From contig NIVC01001863.1 of NCBI GenBank assembly GCA_002269645.1, forward strand, positions 124,001-188,000: 64,000 bases of DNA, written 5' to 3'. This document shows positions 40,201 to 51,928 of the stretch, in pieces (position 1 is the first letter of the stretch; each line of letters begins with the position of its first letter). A program made the position numbers and the translations under genes. This DNA is from Macrostomum lignano (taxonomy: Eukaryota). The notes under the pieces are model-generated. The model was not told the origin of the DNA. It made no database searches and saw only the letters and a list, made by a program, of their open reading frames with translations.

Positions 40201-43200
40201 TGCGGTAGGCACAGCGGTAGTCCCCGCATTTTCCCTACTACAGCTGGCCGTCCAGGTGTGCGACAAAGCCGGTAAGCCGGTCTCCGGAGTCCTTGGCAAC
40301 CACCGGCTGTCCCTGCACGGCGACCAGCGCCAGCTGCGCTCTCAGCAGAGCGGGGACGAGTACCGCAGCGTCATCTTCTACCACAACGGCCACCCGCGCT
40401 GGGACGAGCTCATCCGCCTGCACCTGGACTCCATCATGGACAACCTGGCCAGCCATCACGTCCGCTTCGAGATTCGGCACCGATCGTCCAAGGCGCGCGG
40501 AGACGAGCGGCCGATCGGGTACTCGGTGCTGTTCCTGCACAACACCTTCCACCAGGAGATGCTCAACGCCACGCCCTGTCTGCAGAAGGACGGCGAGTAC
40601 AAGCTGACCGTGTTTGAGAAGGCGCCACTAATGACGGACAGGGATCTCACTAGACGGTATGACCCAGTGCCTCATCTACTCATTGTCACATCTATTTAGA
40701 GCCTCATCTACCCAGTGCCTCATCTACCCAGTGCCTCATCTACCCAGTGCCTCATCTACTCATTGTCACATCTATTTAGAGCCTCATCTACCCAGTGCCT
40801 CATCTACCCAGTGCCTCATGTACCCAGTACCTCATCTAGCTCACCTGCCTCATCCTCAACCCCCAGCTACCTGTTGTCGCCGACTCCCGATGACCCGAAG
40901 GCCCGGCGCAACAGCCTGACGGTGAGCCTGGGCCAGTGCAGCACGGAGCTCAGCACCAACTGGCGGGTCAGCTCGCTGCTGCACCTCCGACTGGAAGCTG
41001 TGCAGAGGGAGCACCTGCATTTCTCTCAGGATGACCAGCGGGACGCCGCCGCGTTCTTCCCCCGCCTCCTCCGCTGCGTGCTCGGCCTCCTCCCCGACCC
41101 TCGGCTGGAGGCGTCCGCCTTCGGCACCCTGCTGTGCCTGCTGGCGCCCTACTCCACCGCCGCCGCCGGCGAGGAGCTGGAGGCCGTCCTGGCCGACCTG
41201 AAGCCGGACGATCTGCCGCCGGACGTGCACGAGCCCGTGCTGCGCCACCTGGCCGAGGGGCTCAAGGCCGACTTCAGAGCCAAGGAGTCCGCATCAGGGG
41301 GCCAGCAACAGCAGCCTGGCAGCGAGGACCCGTCGCATCGGCTGTACCAGGCGACGAGGTCGCTGCTTCGCATCGCCGTGCACTCGCTGCGACTGCGGCC
41401 TGAGCGACTGCAGCAGCCCGAGTACACGCAGAGACTGTTCGAGCCGCTGTTCACCCTGCTGCAGACTCACCGGATTCAGGTGAGATCTTTAACACGCATA
41501 GCTTTATTAGTTTCTTATTAAATCATGCCGAATAGACAGCTGCTCCTGCCTTGGAAATGTTTGAAAGAATCGCCCTCAAACTGCTAAGAATCGCCTTCAG
41601 ACTGCTAAGAATCACTGCTAAATACTCACCCCGCAGGTGAACGACGCGGCCCAGTACCGCTTAGTCAGCTCGTTCTTCGACGACTTTTTAGAGTCGTTCC
41701 TGCAGGTGCTGGAGCCGCTCTGGCTTGGCGACCAGCTTCTGCGCCTCATCAACAGCGTGCTGGAGCGGGAGGACCGGCTGCCGCACAGCCTGTTCAAGTT
41801 TGACCGCATCGTGGCCAAGGAGGCCTTCTGGAACTCCAAACTCCGGCCGCAGCTGGTTGACGGCGTCGTGAAATTCGTCTGCGACTTCATCCGCACCGAG
41901 GAGCGCAAGCCGGCCGACAGCAAGCACCGCGGCAATCTCAGCATGTACGAGGTGGTGCTCCGGCCGTTCAACGAGCTGCTGGCCATCCTGAGCCGACTGG
42001 ACGAGGCCTCTGTGGCCCGGGAGGTTCAGCTGGTCTGCTGCGAGAAGCGGTTCCTGCGCACCCTGGTGCAGACTTGCGCCTCCATCGCCTTCGAGATGCC
42101 GCTGATGAACTTCCAGGTTGGTGCTGCTGTTGGTGCTGCTGTTGATGCTGAGGAAAGTCTCCAGATTTTTTCTAGGGAAAGTCTCCGTTTTTCTAGGAAA
42201 GTCTCAGGATTTCTAGGGAAAGTCTCAGGATTTCTAGGGAAAGTCTCCGGATTTCTAGGAAAGTCTCAGGTTTTCTTGGGAAAGTCTCCGTTTTTCTAGG
42301 AAAGTCTCAGGATTTCTAGGGAAAGTCTCAGGATTTCTAGGAAAGTCGCAAGATTTCTAGGGAAAGTCTTCAACTTTCTAGGAAAGTTTCCATATTTCTA
42401 GGAAAGTCTCCGGATTTCTAGGAAAGTCTCCAAATTTCTAGGAAAGTCTTTCCAGGAAAGTCTCCAGAGCCCCCTATTTGCCCCGCCGCAGGTGAAAGCC
42501 AACACTGAGCCGAAGTTCATCCGCCTATTCATGGTGTCCATCGTGTCCTGCCTGGAGCTGCTGAACCGGTCGCCGGACCTGTGGCAGCTGTGGATCGACT
42601 CCGCCATCTTTGCCGGCTCGCACTTCTACCTGCCCAACGACAGCAGCCCGACCGTGAACGCCGATGACCTGGTGGCCAAGTGCGAGCTGGCCGACCAGAC
42701 CAACGAGCTGCTGCAGCTGCTCACTGGCGTCTTCATCAACATTGAGGACCGCTGGATGAAGTGGCACGACCTCAAACTGCTGGAGTCCAGAATCATTCTG
42801 CGCAGCCTTACCGTGATACAGGAGCAGCTGCTATATCTCTTCGCCAAGCCTCTGCAGCTCAACGTGGTGGAGAGTTTTCTCTACTGCGTGTTCGCCTTTC
42901 TGCGGCAGCCGCACCTCATCTACGAAACCTTCCCCACCGACAAGAAGGAGCACCACGTCAGGCTGATGGAAGGCTGCGACCCCCGTCTGGCCGCCTTCGA
43001 GCTGGTGAAGCGGGCTTGGAGCAGTCTGGCTCCCGCTGACCAGCTGAAACTGGCCATGCCTCTGATCACCTTGCTGCTGCAGGTGAGCGCCTGGCCTGCG
43101 TTTGTGGTCACGGGTGCATGGAGAACTTTCTGCCGCCCCACCAGACCTTCAGCTGCTTGGCTGCCCTCCCAGATCCCCAGTTGCTGGGCCAGCCTCCCAG

Positions 43201-46200
43201 ATCCTCAGTTGCTGGGCAAGCCTCCCAGATCCTCAGTTGCTGGGCCAGCCTCCCAGATCCCCAGTTGCTGGGCCAGCCTCCCAGATCCTCAGTTGCTGGG
43301 CCAGCCTCCCAGATCCTCAGTTGCTGGGCCAGCCTTCCAGATCCTCAGTTGCTGGGCCAGCCTCCCAGATCCTCAGTTGCTGGGCCAGCCTTCTAGATCC
43401 TCAGTTGCTGGGCCAGCCTCCCAGATCCTCAGTTACTGGGCCAGCCTCCCAGATCCTAGCTCAGACAAGCAGGTGTCACAGCGGCTGCCCTCCCATTCGT
43501 TTCGCAGGTGTCGCTGCAACGGCAGGAGCAGCTGAGGTGCGAGTGCGCCTTCATGCTGGTGGAGCTGCTTCGCTGCGAGTTCAGCCAGGAGAAGAGCATC
43601 TTCTCAGTCAGCAAGGAGATAACGTTCGTCATGGACAAGCTGGTGGAGGAGTTCGGCAGCAAAGAGTACGTGGAGAACTTTAGCCAGTACTTCAGCGATG
43701 CCCTGGCCAAGGAGGGCAAGTTCATCCAGAACGGCTTTATGTTCCAAAGCGAGATGCGGCGCCAGATGGACCTGCTGCTGGAGTACAAGACCCTCATCGC
43801 AGACGAGCTGCCAGAGAACCGCATGTTCGCCATCTACAATCTGTACAAATTCTACAAGGAGATAAACAAGGAGGAGATGTGCAATCGCTACCTGTACAAG
43901 CTGTGCCAGCTGCACGAGTCGGCCGGCAACTGGGCGGAGGCCGGCTGCGTGCTGCTGCTGCAGGCCAAGTACCTGGAGTGGGCCGACTCGCCGCTGAGCA
44001 TCAGCAAGGGCGCGCTGCAGAAGAAATATCAGATCTGCAGGAGCCAGGGAGAGCTGAAGGTGCGCTGGGGTTTGGGGTGCAGTGGCGCCAGTAGGATCTG
44101 AGGCAAAAGCAAATCGTGTGCGATCGCCCTCAAGCACCCCGACAATCGCCCTCAAGCACCCCGAGAATCGCCTTCAAACATCCGACAATCGCCCTCAAAG
44201 TCCCGACAATCGCCCTCAAGCACCCCGAGACTCGCCTCAAGCACCCCGAGACTCGCCCTCAAGCACCCGAAAATCGCCCTCAAGCACCCGAAAATCGCCC
44301 TCAAGCACCCCGAGACTCGCCTCAAGCACCCCGAGACTCGCCCTCAAGCACCCGAAAATCGCCCTCAAGCACCCGGAGAATCGCCTTCAAACATCCGACA
44401 ATCGCCCTCAAAGTCCCGACAATCGCCCTCAAACACCCGACAATCGCCCTCAAAGTCCCGACAATCGCCCTCAAAGATCCGACAATCGCCCTCAAACACC
44501 CGACAATCGCCCTCAAAGTCCCGACAATCGCCCTCAAAGATCCAACAATCGCCCTCAAAGATCCAACAATCGCCCTCAAAGTCCCGACAATGGCCCTCAA
44601 AGATCCGACAATCGCCCTCAAAATATCCGACAATCGCCCTTAAACACCCGACAATCGCCCTCAAAGTCACTGAAACCTCCTGTCAACAGGGCACGCTGAT
44701 CTGGGACGCCATCGGCTACTTCGAGAAGGGCAATCTATTCCACAAGGCCAAACAGCAGGCCGAGGTGCTATGGCACTACTACAAGGACATCCTGGTGGAC
44801 TTTGCCAAGGAGCGCGAGGCCCTGGACCGCATGGCCGCCCTGTGCCAGTCCATCACGAACGTGGAGCAGGTGCACGCATTCAACTCCTACTACCTGGTGG
44901 AGTTCAAAGGCCCGGACTTTCCCAATTTCCTGCGCGACAGGAAGTTCATCTACTGCGGCATCGACAGCAAGAAGCTGGCCGACGTGATCGAGACCTTCGA
45001 GACGCTGTTCCCCTACGCCAAGATCCCGCAGAACAAGCAGGACAGGGAGAACTACTCAAACCTTATCGAGATCATCGCGGTGACCGCCGTGCCGCGGCCG
45101 CCGCCCAACGTCGGCGACACGCAGTACGACGTGTTGCAGTACTACGAGAACAACGAGGTGCAGCATTTCATCCAGCGCAAAATGCAGGTGCGCACCGAGA
45201 AAGTCACCGAGAAGGTGTGCACCATCGACACCTTCGAGTCCATGGAGCCGTTCCCCAGCGTGCTCCGCCTGCTGCCCGCCAGTCACGTCAAGTCCGCCAC
45301 CGAGACGCCACTGCAGAGCGCCGTTCGCGACAATGAGACCATGAATAAGAAGCTGAAGTACTCCATCTACCAGCTGGTGACTGGCCGCATCAAGAGCAGC
45401 CAGGGCCTCGTGGGCCTCGTCAGCGGCATCGTCTGCGCCACTGTGGGCGGCGGAATTGACAACTTTATGGAGTTCTTCCAGGTGCTCGACGATATCCAGG
45501 TTGGTAGCTGAAGTTTTGCCGGGAGATGCTATGAGTTGAACTCGCCTCCCGATATGTATCGATTCTTGTTTATGCACAGAACTGCCGATATGTATCGATT
45601 CTTGTTTATCCACACAGAGCTGCCGATATGTATCGATTCTCGTTTATGCACAGACCTCCCGATATGTATGAGTCTCGTTTATGCACAGAACTGCCGATAT
45701 GTATCGATTCTTGTTTATGCACAGAACTGCCGATATGTATCGATTCTTGTTTATGCACAGAACTGCCTATATGTATCGATTCTCGATTATGTACAGAGCT
45801 GCCGATATGTATCGATTCTCGTTTATCCACACAGAGCTGCCGATATGTATCATTCTCGATTATGCACAGACCTCCCGATATGTATGAGTCTCGTTTATGC
45901 ACAGAACTGCCGATATGTATCGATTCTTGTTTATGCACAGAACTGCCTATATGTATCGATTCTCGATTATGTACAGAGCTGCCGACATGTGTCGATTCTC
46001 GTTTATCCACACAGAGCTGCCGATATGTATCATTCTCGATTATGCACAGAACACCTGCCGATATGTATCGATTCTCGATCATGCACAGAACACCTGCCGA
46101 TATGTATCGATTTAACATTAAAAAACGGTTCCCCTGCTTAAAACCCGCCACCAGACCGGCTTGGACACCACGGACGGAGCGGAGGCGGACACCGGCCGGC

Positions 46201-46757
46201 TGGCCCAGGCGCTGGCCGAGCAGCTCAGCCTGTGCGCGCGCGCCCTGGACCTGTGCAAAGAGCACGGCACGGACGTGCAGGCGTACGCTGGCCTGCTGCT
46301 AGAGAAGCTGGAGATGGTGCAGGGCTGCACCGGCATGGTGCTGCAGGCCGAGATTCGACAGCTGGCGGAGAAGCTCGCCAAGCCAAAGGGCGCCGGCGCT
46401 GGCGGAGCTGCCGCAGGCGTCGGCGGCGGCGGCGGTCTTCAGCAGCGCCTGCAGCGGCTGGACCCGTCAGCCATCGGGAGCACAATGCCGCGAAAGCCGC
46501 GACCTCCAACTGGCGCCCTAGGCGCCGGCGGCATTCAGCGCCGCCCGTCCGACCCACGCTGCTCCGTGTCCAGCAGCTCCAGCGGAGCCCGCGGCTTTGG
46601 CGACGAGGTCCCGCCAGCGGTGCCGCCGAAGCGCAAGTCGGAGACTCCGGCAGCCCTGCTGAGCTCGTCGCCTCCGCCTCCGTCGCTGGCGAACCTGCCG
46701 ATCACTCCGCCCGCTGTGCCGCCCCGCAGCAGCCGGCAGCACGCGGAGGAGGTCTAA
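37261..46757 (+). CDS. DOCK180/CED-5-family (DOCK-A/B type) Rac GEF, about 1816 aa. Exons: 37261-38139, 38604-39113, 40244-40656, 40867-41479, 41637-42116, 42492-43082, 43508-44059, 44690-45499, 46155-46757
   Basis: N-terminal SH3 (AVALYNY...LVVGD...WYYG...GVFPKSHV), RRPFAVA, DHR-1/C2 (EYRSVIFYHNGHPRWDE; CSTELSTN), DHR-2 (YLYKLCQLH...NWAEAG; GYFEKG; YYLVEFKG; SGIVCATVGGG) and C-terminal PAVPPK/PAVPPR. All introns GT-AG with consistent phase; 5451 nt total. Confidence 0.92.
38190..38570. repeat. 17-bp minisatellite (CATCACAGAGTCCCCTG)n, DOCK intron 1
   Basis: Read directly. Confidence 0.92.
39150..40220. repeat. 42-bp minisatellite (GCGGTAGGCACAGCGGTAGCCTCACTCAGCAGATTCCCTATT)n, DOCK intron 2
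   Basis: Read directly. Confidence 0.97.
40660..40855. repeat. About 16-bp composite repeat (CCCAGTGCCTCATCTA)n, DOCK intron 3
   Basis: Read directly. Confidence 0.85.
42140..42460. repeat. About 20-bp minisatellite (CTAGGAAAGTCTCAGGATTT)n, DOCK intron 5
   Basis: Read directly. Confidence 0.9.
43140..43460. repeat. 28-bp minisatellite (CTCCCAGATCCTCAGTTGCTGGGCCAGC)n, DOCK intron 6
   Basis: Read directly. Confidence 0.92.
44120..44665. repeat. 21-bp minisatellite (CGACAATCGCCCTCAAAGTCC)n, DOCK intron 7
   Basis: Read directly. Confidence 0.92.
45545..46112. repeat. About 36-bp minisatellite (GCCGATATGTATCGATTCTTGTTTATGCACAGAACT)n, DOCK intron 8
   Basis: Read directly. Confidence 0.9.
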
Positions 46758-46774
46758 ACGGAGTGACAAGTCTG

Positions 46775-47185
46775 TATAGAGTGACAGTTCTGTAGTGATA
46801 TTTACAGTGGTATACCTGTTACAACTTCGTTAGAGTGATAATTTTATAGAGTGGCAATTTTATAGAGTGAGAATTCTGAAGAGTGACATTTTTAGAGTGA
46901 AAATTCTATTGAGTGACAATTTAATAGAGTGACAATTCCATAGAGTGACAATTTTATAGTGACAATTCCATAGAGTGACAATTTTATAGTGACAATTCCA
47001 TAGAGTGACAATTTTATAGAGTGACAATTCCATAGAGTGACAATTTTATAGTGACAATTCAATAGAGTGACAATTTTATAGAGTAACAATTCCATAGAGT
47101 GACAATTCTGTAGTGACAATTTAATAGAGTGACAATTCCATAGAGTGACAATTTTATAGTGACAATTCCATAGAGTGGAATTTCT
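46775..47185. repeat. Composite ATAGAGTGACAATT repeat starting just after the DOCK stop codon
   Basis: Read directly. Confidence 0.88.
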
Positions 47186-47583
47186 AAGTGACATTACCAA
47201 GGATTGACAGCGGGCGATCATTCTGTATAGTTGCACAGTCTTAGTTAAACATTGAGTGACAACAGCCCGGAGTGACGCATGCACAGAGTGACAAATTCAA
47301 TTTATATTCAGCATGCCGGCTTCAGCTTGGCAACGCAACGCCCTTGCCACTCAAGTCACTCCTGCGCCCGTCTGTATTGTATTTTTATTAAAATTGTCTC
47401 CGGTTGTTTTGACTTCCCATTTTATTATGATTTCCAATGCGCGTTTTTGTCCAACTGCATGGCGGGCCTTCCTGTTCATCCTCAATGTTCCCGCCTGTCA
47501 CTGGCACACCGATGCCGACATTTACATGTGTCTTTGTTATGGCTGCTCAGTCTTTATCCCAGATAGGTTATTATGCAGATTGT

Positions 47584-47968
47584 GGGCTTGCCCGGATCTC
47601 TGAGTGAGGGCTTGCCCGGATCTCTGAGTGAGGGCTTGCCCGGATCTCTGAGTGAGGGCTTGCCCGGATCTCTGAGTGAGGGCTTGCCCGGATCTCCGAG
47701 TGAGGGCTTGCCCAGATCTCTGAGTGAGGGCTTGCCCGGATCTCTGAGTGAGGGCTTGCCCGGATCTCTGAGTGAGGGCTTGCCCAGATCTCTGAGTGAG
47801 GGCTTGCCCGGATCTCTGAGTGAGGGCTTGCCCGGATCTCTGAGTGAGGGCTTGCCCGGATCTCTGAGTGAGGGCTTGCCCGGATCTCTGAGTGAGGGCT
47901 TGCCCGGATCTCTGAGTGAGGGCTTGCCCGGATCTCTGAGTGAGGGCTTGCCCGGACCTCTGAGTGAG
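47584..47968. repeat. 24-bp minisatellite (GGGCTTGCCCGGATCTCTGAGTGA) x16
   Basis: Read directly; decamer starts run from 47584 to 47944 in steps of 24. Confidence 0.97.
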
Positions 47969-48554
47969 GGCGGACAATCCATTGTCTAAGCCTTCTGTTT
48001 TGCTCTCTGCTCCCGATTCAAACATTCGAGTCTTCCCATTTGCGAGCCGCCAGAGTTGCGTGGAACGGGCGGCTGCACACGCACTATGCTAGGCGTACTG
48101 GCGCATGCTAGGAATGTTTGTTTACCTGCCAATAAGAATTACTTTTCATTACTGATGAGATTCCACTATTTTGTATTTATACTCGATATATTTATATTCA
48201 ATAATATATTTGCTAGATATCTTATGGATTCCCTATTGCTGCCGACGTGCTTGCAGACTGCATGCCTCACTTTGTTCATTCACTTTTATTAGTCTGTGCT
48301 AACTTTACTGTTTACATTGCCTGCTTAACCTGTTTATAACACAGACCCAATTTTATACACTGCTGCTCTACAATAAAATATTGGAAACGCTTGGCGCATT
48401 GCTTCTGAGCTGCGCTGCTCTGGGCAGAAGTTTTGCATTTTGAGTTTTGAGTTTTATTTCCTGCCTGGGGTGATAATTGGTGAGGATCGGTATTTCAAAA
48501 GCGGAACCCACCAGATAAAAATCCAATATACTAAAAATCCATACTAGAATCCCA

Positions 48555-49866
48555 ATCAAATCCCCGCCAAAATCCCCACCGGAATCCCCACCAGAATCTT
48601 CTTCAAAATCCCCACCAGAATATCCACCAGAATTCCAATCAAGATCCCCACCAGAGTCACTATATAAATCCCCACAAGGATCCCCACCAGAATCCCAATC
48701 AGAGTCCTCACCAGAATCCCAACCAGAATCCCCATCAAGATCCCCATCAAAATCCCCACCAAAATCCTCACCAGAATCCTCACCAGATCCCCATCAGAAT
48801 CCCATCAGAATCCTCACCAGATCCCCACCAGAATCCTTACCAGATCCCCACCAAAATCCTCACCAGAATCCTTACCAGATCCGCATCAGATCCTCATCAG
48901 ATCCCCATCAGTTACCCATCAGATACCCACCAGAATCCTCACCAGATCCCCACCAGATCCCCATCAGGTCCCCATCAGATACCCATCAGATACCCACCAG
49001 AATCCTCTCCAGATCCCCACCAAAATCCTCACCAGAATCCTTACCAGATCCCCCACCAGATCCCCATCAGGTCCCCATCAGATACCCATCAGATACCCAC
49101 CAGAATCCTCACCAGATCCCCACCAGATCCCCATCAGGTCCCCATCAGATACCCATCAGGTCCCCATCAGGTCCCCATCAGATACCCATCAGGTCCCCAT
49201 CAGATCCCCATCAGATCCCCATCAGGTCCCCATCAGATACCCATCAGATACCCACCAGAATCCTCACCAGATCCCCACCAGATCCCCATCAGGTCCCCAT
49301 CGGATACCCATCAGGTCCCCATCAGATACCCTTCAGATACCCATCAGATCCCCATCAGGTCCCCATCAGATACCCATTAGGTCCCCATCAGATACCCACC
49401 AGAATCCTCACCAGATCCCCATCAGGTCCCCATCAGATACCCATCAGATCCCCATCAGATACCCATCAGATACCCACCAGAATCCTCACCAGATCCCCAT
49501 CAGATACCCATCATGTCCCCATCAGATACCCATCAGATCCCCATCAGATACCCACCAGAATCCTCACCAGATCCCCACCAGATCCCCATCAGGTCCCCAT
49601 CAGGTCCCCATCAGATCCCCATCAGGTCCCCATCAGATCCCCATCAGGTCCCCATCAGATACCCATCAGATACCCACCAGAATCCTCACCAGATCCCCAC
49701 CAGATCCCCACCAGATCCCCATCAGGTCCCTATCAGATACCCATCAGGTCCCCATCAGATACCCATCAGGTCCCCATCAGATACCCATCAGGTCCCCATC
49801 AGATACCCATCAGATACCCACCAGAATCCTCACCAGATCCCCACCAGATCCATCAGGTCCCCATCA
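48555..49866. repeat. Complex CCCATCAG / CCCACCAG short-unit satellite upstream of TCF25
   Basis: Read directly. Confidence 0.92.
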
Positions 49867-50011
49867 GAATGCTCGGCTGATTCCCATCCCATGCAATCGA
49901 GTCGCCCTCTTGTGCATGCAAAGTTCTCCCAAGTTGGGAAGATTATCCGCACCGACCTGAGTCGGGAGTCGTTACCGATCGCAGCACTCCAGCGGCGGGC
50001 AGCAGCTCGCC

Positions 50012-51928
50012 ATGTCCCGTCGAGTTTTACGAAAGCTGCAGGAGGCGGAGGCCGCGGCCAAGGCGGCCGAGCTGGAGAAGACGGACGCGGCTGCTCAAGA
50101 TGAAGCTGAGGATGCTGAGCCCGCTGGCCGGGTCAACCAGTTCGCGCTGCTCATGTCGCAGGAGGACTCGCAGTCGGAGGCTGAGGATGCCGGAGAGGAT
50201 GCGGAGCCGAGCAGCCCGCAGCCGCCGCAGCAGAAGCAGAAAAAGAAGAAGAACAAGAAGGCAGGCAAGCGGAAGGGCGGGGAGGCCGCAGTGGATGAGG
50301 AGGACGAGTTCGCAGCGGCTCTGGCCAGCGCCGACTCGAACCCGGCACCTCCGGCGACGGTCTCGGCGGTGTCGAACGTCAGCGGCGGAGGCGGCAAGCC
50401 GCTGCTCAGCGTCGACCTCCGCCTGCTGGACGGCGGCCAGGAGCTGCGGCGGCTGTTCGGCCAGGCGGCAGGGGAGTCGGCGGCCCGCCAGCCGTCCACC
50501 AGGCGGCTCCAGCAGCAGCAGCCGGGCGGCTGGCGGCGCGGCCTGCTGGCCCAGCCGAAGCCCACGTGGCCGCCGGTGGTCCGCCTCGGCCTGTCCATGT
50601 CGCCGGACGCGGAGACCTTCGCCTCGGACAGCTTTCCGGCCGGCAGCGCCGCCTACCGGTTTGAGCACAGCCGCGAGTACCAGCGCACCCAGCTGGCCTT
50701 CGCCGACGCCGTCGAGTCCGGGCAGCCCGACCGCCTGGCCGAGATCCTGCACCGGCAGCCCTACCACGTCGACACCCTGCTGCAGCTGGCCGAGGTCTTC
50801 CGCCTGCAGGAGGACGCCGCCACCGCCGCCGACCTGGTCGAGCGCGCCCTGTACGCCATGGAATGCGCCGCTGCGCCCGGCTTCAGCTTCGCCAGCGACC
50901 GCTGCCGCCTCAGCTTCGCCCGGCGCGAGAACCGCGCCCTGTTCTCGGCGCTGCTGCGCCACGCCCTCGCCTTGACCGGCCGCTGCTGCCACCGCGCCTG
51001 CCTGGAGACCTGCAAGCTGCTGCTCAGCCTCAGCCCCACCGCCGATCCCATGGGCTCCCTGCTGCTCATCGATGCCGCCTGCCTCATGTCAGGTCAGGAG
51101 GAGTTCCTGCTCCGCCTGCTGCACGCCTGGGAGCCGTCCAGGCACCTGACCCAGCTGCCCAACTGGGCCTTCTCGGCCGCCCTCGCCCGCTTCCGCGTGG
51201 GCCGCCCCGATGCCGCCGCTGCTCTGGACGCTGCGCTCATCCAGTTCCCCTCTGTGCTGGCGCCGCTGCTCGCCCGCCTCAGCGTGGAGGCCGCGCCTCC
51301 CGTGTCCGGCTGCCGCCTGTTTAGCGCCGCCGAGGCCGACCGGGAGTCGAGTCCGGGACTGCGCCAGCTGTGCGGCCTCTACGTGCAGCGCTGCGGCCAC
51401 TGCTGGAAGGAGGCCGCCGCCGTCACCTTCCTCGTGTCCGGCGCCGCCCGCGTCGCCGAAGCGGCCGCCGCCACCCCGCCGGATCCTCGCATCGCTGAGG
51501 CCGCCGAGCGGCGACGCCGCCGCTACCGGCGCACCCCGCTGAACGTCCTTCGGCACCTGGTCGTCTCCGAGGTCCGCGACGCCCTCGCCGACCTGCCGGC
51601 GGACGTCGACCCGGCCGGGCTGAACGCCTTCGACCCGCTGCCGCCGCCCGACTCCGTGTGCGGCTACGACCTCGACCGGCTGCGCCGACTTCGCGCCGGC
51701 GCTGGCGGCGCCTCCGCTGCCGACGACGGTCTGCTGACCGCCTTCCTGCGCTCCCTGATGCCCAACTTCGACCCGAGCGCGCCGCCCCAGCCCCAGGGCG
51801 CCGAGGGCGGAGAAGGCGGTGGTGGCGGCGGCCTGGCGGGCCTCCTGGAGTCGGTGCGGCAGCTGCTGAACGGCCTGGGGCCGCCGCCTCCGCCGTTTGA
51901 TGAAGAAGCGGACGGGGGTGTGGACTGA
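50012..51928 (+). CDS. TCF25: TCF25 (Nulp1/Rqc1) ribosome quality control factor, 638 aa, intronless
   Basis: MSRRVLRKL N-terminus, NQFALL, KKKKNKK, then FEHSREYQRTQ, PYHVDTLLQLAE, DLVERALYAME, RENRALF, ACLETCKLLLSL...DPMG, QLPNWAFS and FDPLPP, all characteristic of the TCF25 (DUF654) family as recalled. Confidence 0.93.
   Translation: MSRRVLRKLQEAEAAAKAAELEKTDAAAQDEAEDAEPAGRVNQFALLMSQEDSQSEAEDAGEDAEPSSPQPPQQKQKKKKNKKAGKRKGGEAAVDEEDEFAAALASADSNPAPPATVSAVSNVSGGGGKPLLSVDLRLLDGGQELRRLFGQAAGESAARQPSTRRLQQQQPGGWRRGLLAQPKPTWPPVVRLGLSMSPDAETFASDSFPAGSAAYRFEHSREYQRTQLAFADAVESGQPDRLAEILHRQPYHVDTLLQLAEVFRLQEDAATAADLVERALYAMECAAAPGFSFASDRCRLSFARRENRALFSALLRHALALTGRCCHRACLETCKLLLSLSPTADPMGSLLLIDAACLMSGQEEFLLRLLHAWEPSRHLTQLPNWAFSAALARFRVGRPDAAAALDAALIQFPSVLAPLLARLSVEAAPPVSGCRLFSAAEADRESSPGLRQLCGLYVQRCGHCWKEAAAVTFLVSGAARVAEAAAATPPDPRIAEAAERRRRRYRRTPLNVLRHLVVSEVRDALADLPADVDPAGLNAFDPLPPPDSVCGYDLDRLRRLRAGAGGASAADDGLLTAFLRSLMPNFDPSAPPQPQGAEGGEGGGGGGLAGLLESVRQLLNGLGPPPPPFDEEADGGVD

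Noticed and set aside
48368-50015. Antisense mini-gene MASCCPPLECCD spliced to RQEIKLKTQ..., starting at the TCF25 ATG
   Set aside because: The in-frame join has a one-in-three chance, the donor (GTAACG) is weak, it overlaps the TCF25 start and shows no homology
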